From Octopus sinensis (taxonomy: Eukaryota): a stretch of DNA of 64,000 nucleotides. The DNA lies in the NCBI RefSeq assembly GCF_006345805.1, contig NC_043000.1, positions 50,282,001 to 50,346,000 on the forward strand. Direction: 5' to 3'. Numbering within the stretch: the first letter of the stretch is position 1; each line of letters begins with the position of its first letter. A program made the position numbers and the translations under genes. Below the pieces are notes generated by a model. It ran no database searches and was not told where the DNA came from. It saw only the letters and a list, made by a program, of their open reading frames with translations. Positions 27,250 through 41,373 of the stretch are shown here, one piece after another.

Positions 27250-29215
27250 ACATCAGACATAATGTTTGCAGTATTTCTTCCCAGCTCTTTGTGTTCTGAG
27301 CTCAAATACTGCCAAGATCAACTTATCCATTCATCCTTTCAAAGTTAATTAAATAAGTACCAGTTGAGCACATGTCAATGTCATCAACTTACTTTTGCCT
27401 TCAAAAATCACTGGCCTTTTGCCAAAAATTATTATTATTATTATTACTACTACTATTAAAGCAGCAAGCTGGCAGAAATGTTAGCATGCCGGGCAAAATG
27501 CTTAGAGGTATTTTCATCTATCTTTACTTTTTGAGTTCAAATTCTGCCGAGGTCATCTTTCGCTTTCATCCTCCTGGAGTTGATAAAATATGTACCAGTT
27601 CAACAGTGGAGTCAATGTAATTGACTTATCCCCTCTCCCAAAATTGGTGCCCTTGTGGGAAAATTTGAAACCATTGTTATTATTATTATTATCATTAAAG
27701 CTGTCAGCCTGCAGAATCGTTAACATGCTGAACAAAATGTTTAATGGCATTTTGTCTGCCTTTATGTTCTATGTTATAATTCCACCAAGGTCAATTTAGC
27801 CTTTCATTCTTTCAAGATCAATAAAATAAGTACATATTGAACACTGGGGGCAATGTAGTCAACTTATCACTCACCCAAAATTACTGGTCTTGTGCCAAAA
27901 TTTGAAACCATTATTATTATCATTATTTGGCAGAATTGTTATGGCACCAGAAAAAAGGCATCTCGGTATTTGTTCTGGCTTTAAATCTCTTCTGAGTTTA
28001 AATCTAGCCAAGTTCATGTTTACCTTTTATCTGTGCAAGCTTCAATAAAATAAACTGACTGTCAAATTCCAGGGTCAATAGTATTGACTACTTCCCTCCC
28101 CTCAAAACTGACCATTTGACTGATCGTTAGCAACTCCCATCAAGATAATCCTTAATTGCCTTTCATCCCTCCTGGGTTGACAAAATAAAATACCTCTCAT
28201 GTACTTGGTTCAATGGTATTAACTAATCACCTCCCTTTAAAACTACTGGCCTTCAGCCTAAATTAGAAACAATTATTATTATGAATAGTTCCATTATTTC
28301 ACCAAAGACTGAGTCTATATTTGCTTGAGCTAAATTTCTGAAAAATATACTCCGTTAATTCCTATTATGTTTACTATTACTGTAATTTGTATTGAAACTT
28401 GTCCTTGTTTTGTTGAAGCAAATTCCTTCTGCCAAAATATGCAGTCAATATTACCAGTATTAACCTTCTCAGCCAATTATATATTCAAACATATAAGGCA
28501 TTTATTTCAGATAAATCTTATAGGAAAGCAATCAGATGTATTACAGTTAATCTAAATTAAGTCACTGCAGAATGGCCTAAAACTCAATTCTTATGCTTGA
28601 GAAATCACAAGCTGTTCATATGATGCTGGTCAACATTTTATTACTATCTACTGATTTGGATATTTCAATCAAATTGTTCTAATTTTGATTTCCTATAATC
28701 TTAACTAATTATTACCAGCCTAGATATTATTATTTATATTAACAGTGGATTAGAAAAATTGCTAGAGGACTAGGTGAAATATCTTGCAGTAATTAGAAGC
28801 CTTTACACTCTGAGTTCAAATCCTACGAAGGCCAACTATTCCTTTCATTTTTCTGATCTGGTGAAATATGGTTTCTCTCTAGTATTGGAGATGGATGCTT
28901 TGAGTTCATACTCAGCATAGGTTAGCTATATTTTTCATTCTTCCAATGTTAATAAAATAAAGTGCCAGTCTAGAACTGGGGGAAATTTAATCAACAATAC
29001 CTCAAATGTCGTGGTCATGTACCAATGTTAGCAACATTGAAGAACAATAATGTTTTCTACTTTTGGCACAAGGCCAGTAATTTTTAAGGAAAGCTGATTA
29101 CCCTAACCATAACCTAATGCTCAACTGGTATTTCTTTTATCATCCTCAAAAGGATGAAAGGCAAAGTCAGCTTTGACAGCATTTGAGCTCAGAATGTAAA
29201 AAGCCAGAAGCAATG
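27250..29215. mobile_element. Cluster of about 7 degenerate SINE copies of the 1684 family, separated by (TTA)n tails
   Basis: Repeated ggcagaa...gagttcaaat...ctttcatcc...aaaataagtacc motifs. Confidence 0.7.
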
Positions 29216-29230
29216 CTAGAACATTATGAT

Positions 29231-29396
29231 CAGGGCTGGCCCTAGGGTTGCCGGCACCCCAGGCAAGCTGAACTTTGGTGTGTACAAACTGACAATTGTG
29301 GCACTTTCCTTGTCTTTATCACACTCCCCTTGGTATCCCTTAGCACCTGGCGCCCTGGGCAGCTACACAAGTTACAGGTACCTTGAGCTGGCTCTG
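29231..29396. mobile_element. hAT-type MITE
   Basis: Termini cagggctggccctagg and ccttgagctggctctg. 8-bp TSD attatgat / gttatgat. Confidence 0.75.
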
Positions 29397-32300
29397 GTTA
29401 TGATTATTGTCATGGTTCTGGCTTGTATTCATAGAAATAGTAATGGAAATCTGCAGTGCATCCCATGTTAAACACATCCCATTAAGGCATCTGTCACTGT
29501 GTGGATAGCTTACTTGGTAACAAAGAACTTTACAATGACAACATAAAAGCTTACAGAGAAAAACAAAAGCTGCTGGAAAACATATATTAAATAGTAATAA
29601 TGAATATAATCATAACTATAGATTATTAGACTTTATTTTCATTGAAATTTACATCTAAGATGAACCAGACAGAATTTAAAAAAATATTGTCTTAAGTCCA
29701 GTACTGGCAATCTGCTGTCCCTCTAAAGGGTAGGAAAGAGTAAAACATCACATTTAATCAAATCAGAACCTTGAAATTCCTAGACAACAATCATGAAATA
29801 AAGTAAATAAATATTGATTTATAGACGTGAAATTTCTCACAGATGACATAAATAAATACTCAAGTGTGTATTAGTATGTGTGTTTGTGCGTGTGTGTGTG
29901 TGTGTGTGAACATCATCTATCAATTTTGCTTCTAGCTAATACACATTGATTTCATTAGTTCTCTCCCCAAGGACATCTTTCTACCAGGAAAATGAATTTG
30001 ATTCTGTCTTCTCATTATTACTTGTGTTCTTCTGTGATTTAATATCAGTATAAATAGTTATGGTTGTCTTTCTTGATTGTTTGTGCTTGAAAATGACTGA
30101 ACAAATTTACTCTTAATTGTGAAACAGTATATAACTTACAATATACCTTTATATGTTATGATAATGTAGCTACATCTGTGACAGAGTATTTTTAAAATTT
30201 CTGTTGAGACATAATTTTACTATGTTAAAGATATTTGCTTTCTTTCTTATTTTCTATCTTCTTCCTTCTTCTTTTCTCTTTTGTCTGTAAGGAGGAAAAT
30301 ATTTTGAATTTTGTTATTTTAGATCTGTTTTGCTTTATATTTTATCAGCATACAAATTTTGTAGAACAGTTCAACATATTAAAAATTCTTGTCCTTTTGA
30401 TAGATGAAAACAGTTGTTAAATCTCTGGCAATTGCTACAAGTTAAAAAAAAAAAAAAATTCTTTTTTGCATTTATTATCATTGGTTGCAATCTTTGTTAG
30501 AAATGTAATCCATCTCATTATACAAACCTGAGCAGAATTCTTAGAATTTAATTAAGAAAAAACAAAATAAAGCAAAAAAATGGCAAACATAATTCCTTCT
30601 CCTATCTTTTCATCCACAATGATTGGAAGCATAATGTTATCAAGTAGTTATTGTTATCACAATAATGGATCCCAAACTCTTTATTTGCTTAATGTTATCG
30701 GCTGCTTATTGTCACCAAAAAGATTTTGCTTCACAGAGATCACGCCAAATGAATTCTACAATTATACAGTATGGCTTAGGGCACTTTGTGCTTCTGATAT
30801 GTAAGCAAAGTTAGGAACAGACATGACTGTATGCCTAAGACGTTTGCTTCACAACCACTGCTACCTTGGACATGAGTCTTCTACTATAGCCCCAGACCGA
30901 CCATATTGGTAGTCTCTCATAGTCCAAGAAAGCTGGTTCTACAATTTCTTCTTGTCAAACAACCTGCAAGAAGTTTATGGTGAAGTTTATAGTAATCAGA
31001 TGTTTGTGTTGTACATTAGGCTTACTCTCTCCATCATATCAATGTTGCCTGAATTTGTGCAGGTTCTACTACATGTCAGGTCATGACTGCAACACCTTAA
31101 CCAACTAGCCATGTACCCTCACATATACATTCAAATATACACAAACACAAACATATGTATGTGTGTGTGTGTGCCTGTGTATGGTTGTGTCTGTATATAT
31201 GTGTATGTGTCTGTATCTCTTTGTCTCGACACTGTGTAATTGTTTTAAATGGGTATCACTATACAAGTGGTGTTTTCAGTTTCAAATCCCCTGCAAAAAT
31301 GCGTTTGACCAAGGAGAAATATCATCATACTTGGAAACAGTTGAGGATTGGAAACAATGAATGCATCTAGCTATTGAAAATCTTCCTCATAAAAATTTGT
31401 CTGACCTGTGCAAGCATGGAAAAGTAGACATTAAAATTATCATGATGATGATCATGATGACAATGATGATAAGGTTTACTTGTGAATAATTTGTTTGATG
31501 CACTTTTCTGTTTTATGTGATTTACTTATATAAATATCTGGAACAAGATTTAGTCAATGAAAGAGTAGATTCTTCGTGATTAAGGACATAATAGAATTTC
31601 TCATTATTATATGTTATTTGTTTCCATCATTGTTTTTATTTCATTTATTCAACTTATTTTTACCATTCTTAGTGTTTACTTTTGTAAATTCTGTTCTCTT
31701 GCAATTATTAAAAGAATCTATGATAATGTTTTGATTAAAACCTTGTGTTTATATAAACTGTGATCTTTTTATTGTATTATTTCAAATCCATCGCATTTAC
31801 ACATAAACAAACAGGAAATTTTTTTTTTTGGAAATAATGTTCATATTTTCTTTTTTCTACTTCTTAGAAAGTCTTGTACCTGTGAAGAAAATCTATATTT
31901 TTTTTATTTCTCTGATCAACCCTTTACCTATTCTTCAGCATTAACATACTAAAAATTCAAAGCCACAGTCAACAGCTATGTGGCATCAATGACAGCCTAT
32001 TACTTTATACCTAGGTTTCTTCCAAACAAAATTTGGTAATTTATTCTTTATCTTTTGCTTGTTTCACTCATTTGACTGTGGCCATGCTGGGGCATCACAT
32101 TGAAGGGTTTTAGCTGAGCAAATTAACCCTAGGCCTTTTTTTCTTTTTAAGCTTGGTACTAATACTATCGATCTCTCCAACTGAACTGCAAAGTTAAGGG
32201 GAGGTGAACAAAGGTTGCCAAGCAGTTGTGGGGACAAATACAGACAGAAAGACACACATACATAGATACACACACACATATATCTTGAAGACAATGTGGC

Positions 32301-32496
32301 CCAGAGGATTAATAAAAGAGAGAACAATAGCAGAAAAACTAGTAGATGACAGGAGGAAGAGATAGAATACAGATGCATTTAATGTCATCCCTTGCTACAT
32401 GGGCTGTATAGGGTAATGAAAAGGGGAATAGGACAGAGATTGAATGTCAGAGAGGTGAGAGGGTCAGTTAGATTGAATACTATCCTTAACTCTTTG

Positions 32497-32710
32497 GTAT
32501 TTAAACTGGCCATATCCGGCCTAAATATTCTACCTGTCTTATGTTAAAACTGGCCAGATTCAGCATTTCACTCCTGCCCCGCAATGTCATTCTAAAAATA
32601 GACCATTAAATCTTTGAAATCTCTACAAGATAATACATGATTAATTTTTTTTAAATGTAAATAAATAAGCATTATATTTGACAGAGTAAACTGAATGCTA
32701 AATGGTCAAT
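32497..32710. mobile_element. TTAA-AACCCTTT-type non-autonomous DNA element (piggyBac-like ends, degenerate)
   Basis: Ends ttaactcttt... and ...aaatggtcaa. Reverse-orientation halves of the same family at 1555-1620 and 2140-2235 flank two SINEs. Confidence 0.45.
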
Positions 32711-32714
32711 TACA

Positions 32715-33012
32715 TGGGCAGCATGATACAGTGATTAAAAGGGATAAAGGTAAAAACAAAGGTAAAATTACCTTCTTGAGTCATACTGACTCACAAGAGC
32801 TGGTTTGCCAGTTTCATGGTGTATACATTCCCCTTTTGGACAAGACACCAGTCTGTTGCAAAATTACTCATTTTTGCCAGCTGAGAGGACAGGAGCAATG
32901 TGAAATGAAGAGTTTTGCTCAAGAACACAATATATCACCTGGTCCAGGAATCGAAACCACAATTTTACGATTATCGTCCAACACTATCACTACTAAGCCA
33001 TGTACCTCCACT
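32715..33012 (-). mobile_element. tRNA-derived SINE related to the 17713 element (other copies at about 50590-50812 and 39955-40100)
   Basis: Head tggaggtacatggcttagtagt...tttcgattcctgg and a shared 3' portion (gactggtgtcttgtcc...gaaactgg). Confidence 0.6.
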
Positions 33013-33944
33013 AATAGAAGAGATTCACTACCCCCTCTATATATATAAAGGCAGTATGGAATAGTAAATAGAAGAAAGGGTTGATGGAAAATGGGTGAAT
33101 GGATAGAGAAATGAGTGGACACAGGAGAATTCTGCAAAGGCAGAGGGGTAAAGCAGAAGAAGACATAACTGTGACATATTGGATGAGAGACCCAAATTTA
33201 GATATATTTAGCCTCCCAGACAATGAGGTCCTAGTTTACTTTCATATAGTACAAAATAAGAGATGAACACACTGTGAACATTTTGAGCAAACGTTTGTTT
33301 GATCAGGGTTGCTGACCAGGGGCTAAACTACAATAACAATGACAAGTGTAAGTGTAACAGCAACCTCATTAATCACACAAGTCTAGAAAGGCTTGTAAAA
33401 TAATATATGGGTATGGTTCCACTGTATTGGGTTAAATGAACTAATAACAAAAAACAAAAATGCAAAAACATTTCATCCTACAAAAGCTCAACTAACCTTG
33501 ACTCTAGCTCCCACCATGTAACTTCTGCTGCCATAAAACAAATAATAACAAAACACTATTTTTGTTATATTTTATTTTTCAAACTTTTTCTTTTATTATC
33601 ATATTTTTTTTTTCTACTACAAGTGAGAATAGTCCAGAATGAAGATTGAAAATATCAATAATGTTTAATAATGGGATGAAAGGCAAAACTGATATTAATG
33701 GGAATTGAATTCAGAAAACTGAGATAGTGAAGAAGATATAACAAAAGAATTAATATGACTTGATATACTGAATGCACTAAATCCACTGTCTCTCTCTCAC
33801 TAAACAAATAAAACAAATGGAAACAAATAAGAAAACAAAACAATATATGATGTAATGGAAATTAGATTAAAACATCCTTTTTTTATATTTTATTTTTTTA
33901 TTTTCGATGACAACAATGTTTCGATATATTGGTTTGTGTTTATG

Positions 33945-34015
<71 letters not shown>

Positions 34016-34046
34016 TAATATATATATGTATATATATATATATATG

Positions 34047-34085
<39 letters not shown>

Positions 34086-34132
34086 TGCATATATATATAT
34101 GTATATAACCACACACACAAACACACACACAC

Positions 34133-34192
<60 letters not shown>

Positions 34193-34385
34193 TATGTAAA
34201 TATATACTCAAACCTTATATCTATATAAACACTGAATTGAGAGAGATCTGAAAATAACAGCAAAGCACTAATAGACCTCAAATTATGTATCTGTCACTTA
34301 CATGCTGAGCAACCACAAACACGTAAATAAATAAACAAGTAAATAAATAAATACAGATATATGTATATGTATGTATATACATATA

Positions 34386-34441
<56 letters not shown>

Positions 34442-34696
34442 ATGTATATATATAATATATATATATATAGATAGATAGATACACACACACATACACACAC
34501 AGTGATGGAAATGAAATGGGTTTTAAAAAGGGTACACTCGGGTCTATGAGGCTGATATTGCAAAGGAATGGTTAGGACTAATGCTAACAGCTCCTCTCTC
34601 TCTCTTTCTGCTGAAAAGTTAGAGAACTGTCTCCCCATGTACCCTGCTTCCATTTCCACCACCACTGCACAGATAGATAGATACATACATACATAA

Positions 34697-34727
<31 letters not shown>

Positions 34728-35519
34728 AGTGTTGGGGTGTTGGTGCATGTTTATAAATTTATACACACACACACTTGCATACATACATGTGTATATATGT
34801 ATGTATACACGTTTATATACACACAAACAAAACGATCTTTTGCTGCCCAAAGGCAAATGCGGCTTTTAATTTTACTCTGTTTCTATTAATATGCACTAAA
34901 CAACCATTAGATAAAATATCATTTCTATTTTATATTTTCTCTCTAATATTTTGATCAACATTGAAAAATTAACAAATATATCAATCTCCAAACAAATTGT
35001 TTTGTCTACTTAGTCTTTCCTCTATTAATTCTACAAATTAAGTAAAAACTAAAATACAATAAAATTAAGTGAAAATAAAATAAAACATAATTAAATATAA
35101 TAAGAAAGGAATTAAAATCCATAAATGAAATAACTTCAATATTGTTTCTAATTTAGGTACAATCCACCTCCTTAAATGATAATAATTGTTTTTGCTTCAG
35201 GCACAAAACCAGCAAATTTTGAGGTGTGGTGGTTAGTCTGTATCATCAATCTCAATACTCTCCTTTACAAGTTCCAGTGTTACATAAAATGTACTTGTGC
35301 CAGTGCTGCATAAGTGCACCCATGCTGGTGGCACATAAAAAGCACCCAGCACACTCTGTAAAGTGGTTGGCATTAAGTAGGGAACCCGGCTGTAGAAACC
35401 ATGCCACATCAGACAATTGGAGTCTTGACAACTATGCAGCTGGCCAGTTCCAAGTCAAACCATCCAACCCATGCCAGCATGGAAAACAGATGATCCCCCA
35501 AAACTGCAAAATTAAATAT

Positions 35520-35975
35520 TGGTAGGATTTGAACTCAGAAAATAAAGAATCAGAAGAAAATATCTGCCAAGCTTTTTGCTTTTGACATTCTGATGATTCT
35601 ACCAACCCCTAAATAATTATTTTCAGTTTAGGTACAAGGCCAGCAATTTTGAGGGTTCAAATTGATATTATCAACCTTAATACTTGACTGGTACTCTATT
35701 TTATTGAACTTGAAAGGACGAAAGGCAAAGTTGACCTTGGCAGGATTTGAACTTAGAATATAGTCAAAAGAAATATTGGGTTCAAATTTCAGCACAAGGC
35801 GAGCAATTTTGGGGTGGGGGCAACTCAATTACATTGAACTTAGTGCTCAACTGGAACTTATTTTACAAACCCCAAAAGGATAAAAGTCAAAGTTGAACTT
35901 GATGGAATTTGAACTCGGTATGTAAAGAAGGATGAAATACCTCTAAACAAACGATTTTGCCAGTTCACCACCTTG
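35520..35975 (-). mobile_element. Cluster of about 3 degenerate SINE copies of the 1684 family
   Basis: Repeated aaggcaaagttgacc...gatttgaact motifs on the plus strand. Confidence 0.6.
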
Positions 35976-37904
35976 ATAGTGAAAAGAAATGTTGCAAAGT
36001 ATTTTGTCTGTATATCTGATGATTCTGACAGAGCAAGGTGGGGTGAAATGGAAAATTTTTTTAATATTGTTGAGGTAGATTTTCATTGGCTTGATGACCC
36101 ACCTGTCACCAGTCCTCACCTTTTTTGAAGCAAAAGAATACTTTCCTGTACCTAGATGTGTTTTCATACACTAGAAATGAATGACCCCACTTGTATGTTA
36201 GAGATGTTCTTATATAATTCTTGCACAATGTCATGATAAGGAGTCACAAACACATATACAAGCATCCATCAATATATTGATATATATTTATACACACACA
36301 CACACACACACAAGTTTCTTTCAGTTTCCTTCTGCCAAATGTACTCACAACACTTTGTTTGACACAGGGCTATAGTAAAAAAACACTCAGAAGGAATGAC
36401 CCTAAAACCATGTGGTTGAGAATTGAACTTCTTGACCACACAATCATGCATTCACCTATTATGCTTTGGCTGTCTTGGTGGGTATTGTAGAAGCTACATA
36501 CCCAAACTGCCATGCAATGGGATTGAACCTGAAACTGCATAGCAGATTTTTTTAAAGCCTTTCCTATCTCCAATCCTTACCTGTTTACAAGCAAGGCAAT
36601 ACTTCCTTATGGCCAAACCTATCTTCATATAGGACTAGAAGCAAATAACACCACAAGTAGAGTGATGCTGATTTACAACAATCACATAATATCAAGAAAA
36701 CAGAAACGCACACACACATACATACAAACACGCATGCACATATATAAATGTATGTATATATCAAGAGAATAAAAGTATATCTAAAATATCTATGTTAAGA
36801 AAATACATCTTGTGCTACAATAATACTGAATATGCTGATGTAGGAATCTATAACTAAAGGATTTTGTATGAATATCTTCTTGTTATCTTTGATATTATCT
36901 TTGTAATTATTTTAGGAAATATTTTATACTTGCAATACTAATCGGAACAATAGAAACTGTTGTATTTTATTTTTGATAGATCATTTCATGAATATATATG
37001 TTTATCTCCTATATCTTAAGTATTTATTTTTGTTATTTCATTTTATTTAGTATTGTACCAAAGTGGTTTTAGACATGACAAGAATAATGTGAAGTAATTT
37101 TATGACAAGTAACAAAATCATTCAAAATCTAAACCAAAACCATACAGATAGATGCATTTACTTTCGTACTGTCAGTAAACAAATTAAGTTTGCTAGTTAT
37201 ATTAAATTTTCTAGTGACTAATTATGATTAAACAGATCTGTTGTTGTCTTTCTTTCAGAATATTCTTCTGTACAGACTGAACTGTGGTATGCATATGGAA
37301 TGGCTTATAGCTTCCTCCAAGCATATGGGAGTCATCTTGCTGTCTACAGAATTTAACTCATAGACATTTTAGATATTGATAATATTGTCTTGGTGCCATA
37401 CATTTCTTACTCAGAATAATTACTCCAGAGAAATTAAATGAAGTTGTCTAAATTAGTTTTCAAACAAGGCATTGCTTCATTAATTCAAATATTAGTTTCT
37501 TGTATAAGAATTTTTTTCCTAATTTATTTCATTACTAACTTGCATCTGTCCTTTAGATATTTCTTTTCATATTATATTCACTCCAGTTTTTAGAAACTTT
37601 GTGAAGATTTTTTTTACCTGGAATTCAACGACAGATCAGAATACATCACAATAGAATCAGATAAATTCTAGAGCATAGAAATAAAAAAGTCACATTAGGC
37701 TGGTTGATCATACAGAATTTTCCTCTATTGTAAAGACCATATTTCTTTGACAAATTTTTAAATGGACTATGTCAAACTAAGACTGATTATTTTATGATTT
37801 CTTTGATTCCTGTATCTTGTGTATTCCAAATATATTTTGCCAGTATTTTGATGCATTCCATGGAATGGTATTGGAATTAGTTGTGCTTGTTGAACCAAAA
37901 TTAT

Positions 37905-37961
<57 letters not shown>

Positions 37962-37964
37962 CTC

Positions 37965-38368
37965 TTTTACTCTTTTACTTGTTCCAGTCATTTGACTGTG
38001 GCCATGCTGGAGTACCACCTTTAGTCGAGCAAATCGACCCCAGGACTTTTTCTTTGTAAGCCTAGTACTTATCCTATCGGTCTCTTTCATCGAATCACTA
38101 AGTTATGGGGACATAAACATACCAGCATCAGTTGTCAAGCGATGTTGGGGGCACAAACACGAACACACAAACATATACACAGACATACATATATATATAC
38201 ATATATATGACGGGCTTCTTTCAGTTTCCGTCTACCAAATCCACTCACAAGGCTTTGGTCGGCCCAAGGCTATAGTTGAAGACACTTGCCCGAGGTGCCA
38301 TGCAGTGGAACTGAACCCGGAATCATGTAGTTGGTAAGCAAGCTACTTACCACACAGCCACTCCTATG
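37965..38368 (-). mobile_element. CORE-like SINE, same family as 25272
   Basis: Well-preserved reverse copy. Others at 6931-7530(+), 12395-12775(-), 22265-22665(-), 32050-32290(-), 36300-36545(-), 41820-44125 (several), 48855-49235(-) and 63950-64000(-). Confidence 0.8.
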
Positions 38369-38488
<120 letters not shown>

Positions 38489-38491
38489 AAA

Positions 38492-38522
<31 letters not shown>

Positions 38523-39678
38523 CACAGACAGACTGACATATATATATATATTTAGTCATGGAACTACTGAAAACATACCTATATTACTCTAATCCTTCCA
38601 CCATTTTTGACAAACTGGAATATACTAATATCCTCAACTGAGGATATTCCCTCATTTTTACATCTCTCTGACTGCTCCCTCTCCAATGACAGATTACATG
38701 TCTTATGGAATCCTTTCTCCATATGAGGATCCACATGCTTGGCTATGCTAGAAACAGCTATAAGAGACTGTATGTTTATATTGTCTATCTAAACTACATG
38801 TCCTTTTCAAGTGATGCCAAATGCTTTGCTTTTTTTCATTTTTACTTTGATATATACTTATTTGCCTACTGAAGGAAAAAAAACATTTATAGCTAGCTCT
38901 GTTAGGCAATCTCAATACTATATTCACAGTTACAGTTAAAACCAGAATTCTAGTGGTTGTAAACATAACTGAGCACTCATAGTAGATACCATCAGTTGAC
39001 AAAATCTCCTTATAAATTCTGTGTATGTGTCATCATAATCATCATCATCATCATCATCATCATCACCATCACCACCATCCTCATTGTTGTCATTTTACAT
39101 CTGCTATCCATGCCATCATGGTGTGGACAGTTCATCACAATCCAAGTCAGTTCTTCTTATTGATAGCCACTGTCCTCATACACAGATAAGAGTCTGCTTG
39201 CTTTACTTTTGGCTTGGTCTCTACAGCTTTATGTCTGCTTCTGCTGCCTTTCCCACATCCTTGACAACATCATACCATCTCTTTATCACTACTCATCTCC
39301 CTGTCATTTTCCTCTGTATCACTTATTTCTCTCTCACTATCACTCGTGACATTTGTATAACAATAGACTGCATAGAGCCTGCCCACACACAATCCCCCTT
39401 TCCACCATCATTTTTCACTCTTCTTCACTTGGTTATTATAAAGCATGAAATAAGAGGCTGCACTGAAGTTGCTTGTAGATGAAACATTCTACCTTTGACT
39501 AGAATTTCAAATTTCTCATGGTAGTTATTTGGTCAGAAAACTGTTTGGATAAGCCACCAGACAAACTTAAAGTATATATATATATATGTATGTATTTATA
39601 TGTAAATATATGTGTATGCATAGATATATGTGTGTGTGCACATATATATATATATATATATATATATTTGTAAATGTA

Positions 39679-39858
39679 ATATGTGACAATTATTTGGTAG
39701 CCAAGATAAAACTCTGAGTTTTGGATGCCAAGGTGGAAATTCACACCTCCATCTCTTCAGTTAGATGGCCGGATAACTGAAGAGATGGTGGTGTGGATTT
39801 CCACCTTGGCATCCAAAACTCAGAGTTTTATCTTGGCTACCGAATAATTGTCGCATAT
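39679..39858. mobile_element. Near-perfect 180-bp fold-back element related to the 5306-5750 element
   Basis: Arms are reverse complements around ggcc at 39767-39770. The termini atatgtgacaatt...ataaaactc are shared with 5306. Confidence 0.8.
39771..39833 (+). ncRNA. Degraded hammerhead-like motif in the right arm of a fold-back element
   Basis: GGAUAA-CUGAAGA-GAUG...CAUC-CAAAA-CUCAGA-GUU-UUAUCU. CGAAA has apparently decayed to CAAAA. A mirror copy lies at 39704-39766 (-). Confidence 0.45.
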
Positions 39859-40271
39859 TACATTTACAGATAAATTCTTCTATTTACATAATATTGTGGT
39901 CTCTTTCTTTCTTTTGTTATTTTACCATTTTTACCAATATATATATGTATAGTGGAAGCATCTGGTTTAGTGGTTAGGGTGTTGGACTCATGATAGTAAG
40001 ATTGTGGTTTAGTGGTTAGGGTGTCGGACTCATGATAGTAAGATTGAGGTTTTGATTCCTGGACTGGCCAAAACACTTCATTTCATGTTGCTCCAGTCCA
40101 CAAAGAATAAGTCATATGGTTGAGTTATTTGACTAAAAGCCTTGAAGGTGGTGTTCAAGCATGGTTGCAATCAAACGACTGAAACAAGTAAAAGAACAAA
40201 AGAATATAGTCTGTAGAAATACTATGTTTCTAAATCTCTCAGAGAGATTGATGCAGTAGTAGCATGATAAA

Positions 40272-40572
40272 GTGATAGCATATTGTCAACTTAATGTGAC
40301 AGTCCCATAAAAGGGAAGAATGCTACTGTTATTTAACCCTAGCAAACAAAGTTTCCTGTTGGACTTGACATATTTCCTGTGTCTCTATATTTTCAAACCA
40401 GTCTCTGGATGCTGGCTTTGGTGGGTGGAGGTGCTTATCTCCACTTTCAAAACATAAGGACACCAGAAATGTCTCAAGTCCAACAGGAAATGGTGTTTCC
40501 TCGGGTTAAATAACAGTAGCATTCTTCCCTTTTATGGGACTGTCACATTAAGTTGACAACATACTATCACTT
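40272..40572. mobile_element. Fold-back/MITE-like element with inverted arms of about 110 bp
   Basis: aagtgatagcatattgtcaacttaatgtgacagtcccataaaagggaagaatgctactg... is mirrored at 40460-40572. Confidence 0.8.
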
Positions 40573-40727
40573 CAATATAGTCTGTGTGTTACACTATGCT
40601 TCTCACTTTCCATCAGTACTGCCATTTCCTTAACTTCCATTTTGCCATATAATATATCTGTGTGTATAATTTTTTTATATATTTGTTGTGAATATGTGTG
40701 TGTGTACATACATACATATATATGTAT

Positions 40728-40802
<75 letters not shown>

Positions 40803-40861
40803 TATATACATAATATTATGTATGTGTATATATATATATATATACTTACATAGTATTATGT

Positions 40862-40899
<38 letters not shown>

Positions 40900-41160
40900 A
40901 TATATATACATACATAATATTATATATGTGTATATATGTATATATACATATGTATTTATGTGTGCATATATACACACTCACAGGTATGTAAAGCAAGACA
41001 TACACATAACCATATGTGTGTGTGTATATATATATACATACATAATATTATATATGTGTATATATGTATATATACATATGTATTTATGTGTGCATATATA
41101 CACACTCACAGGTATGTAAAGCAAGACATACACATAACCATATGTGTGTGTGTATATATA
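40900..41160. repeat. Recent tandem duplication with a 128-bp period in microsatellite-rich DNA
   Basis: caggtatgtaaagcaagacatacacataacc occurs identically at 40981 and 41109. Confidence 0.85.
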
Positions 41161-41342
41161 TGCACACATTTGTGTATATATGTGTGTATATCCATTCATG
41201 AATGTAGATGTAGATATGTGTGTGCAATTACAGTTACTGGTATTGAAGTAAACATTTATTCATTCTGTCAAACTGCTGTAGGGCCAAAGAAAGTGAATAA
41301 GTAAAACGAATAAACAAATAGATAAATAAACAAATAAGTATA

Positions 41343-41373
<31 letters not shown>

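Noticed and set aside
38570-38950. Apparent CR1-type RT relic (IFDKL..., FSSDAKCF)
   Set aside because: There is no intact diagnostic motif, and the centre is explained by a degraded hammerhead-like repeat. Too weak to call.
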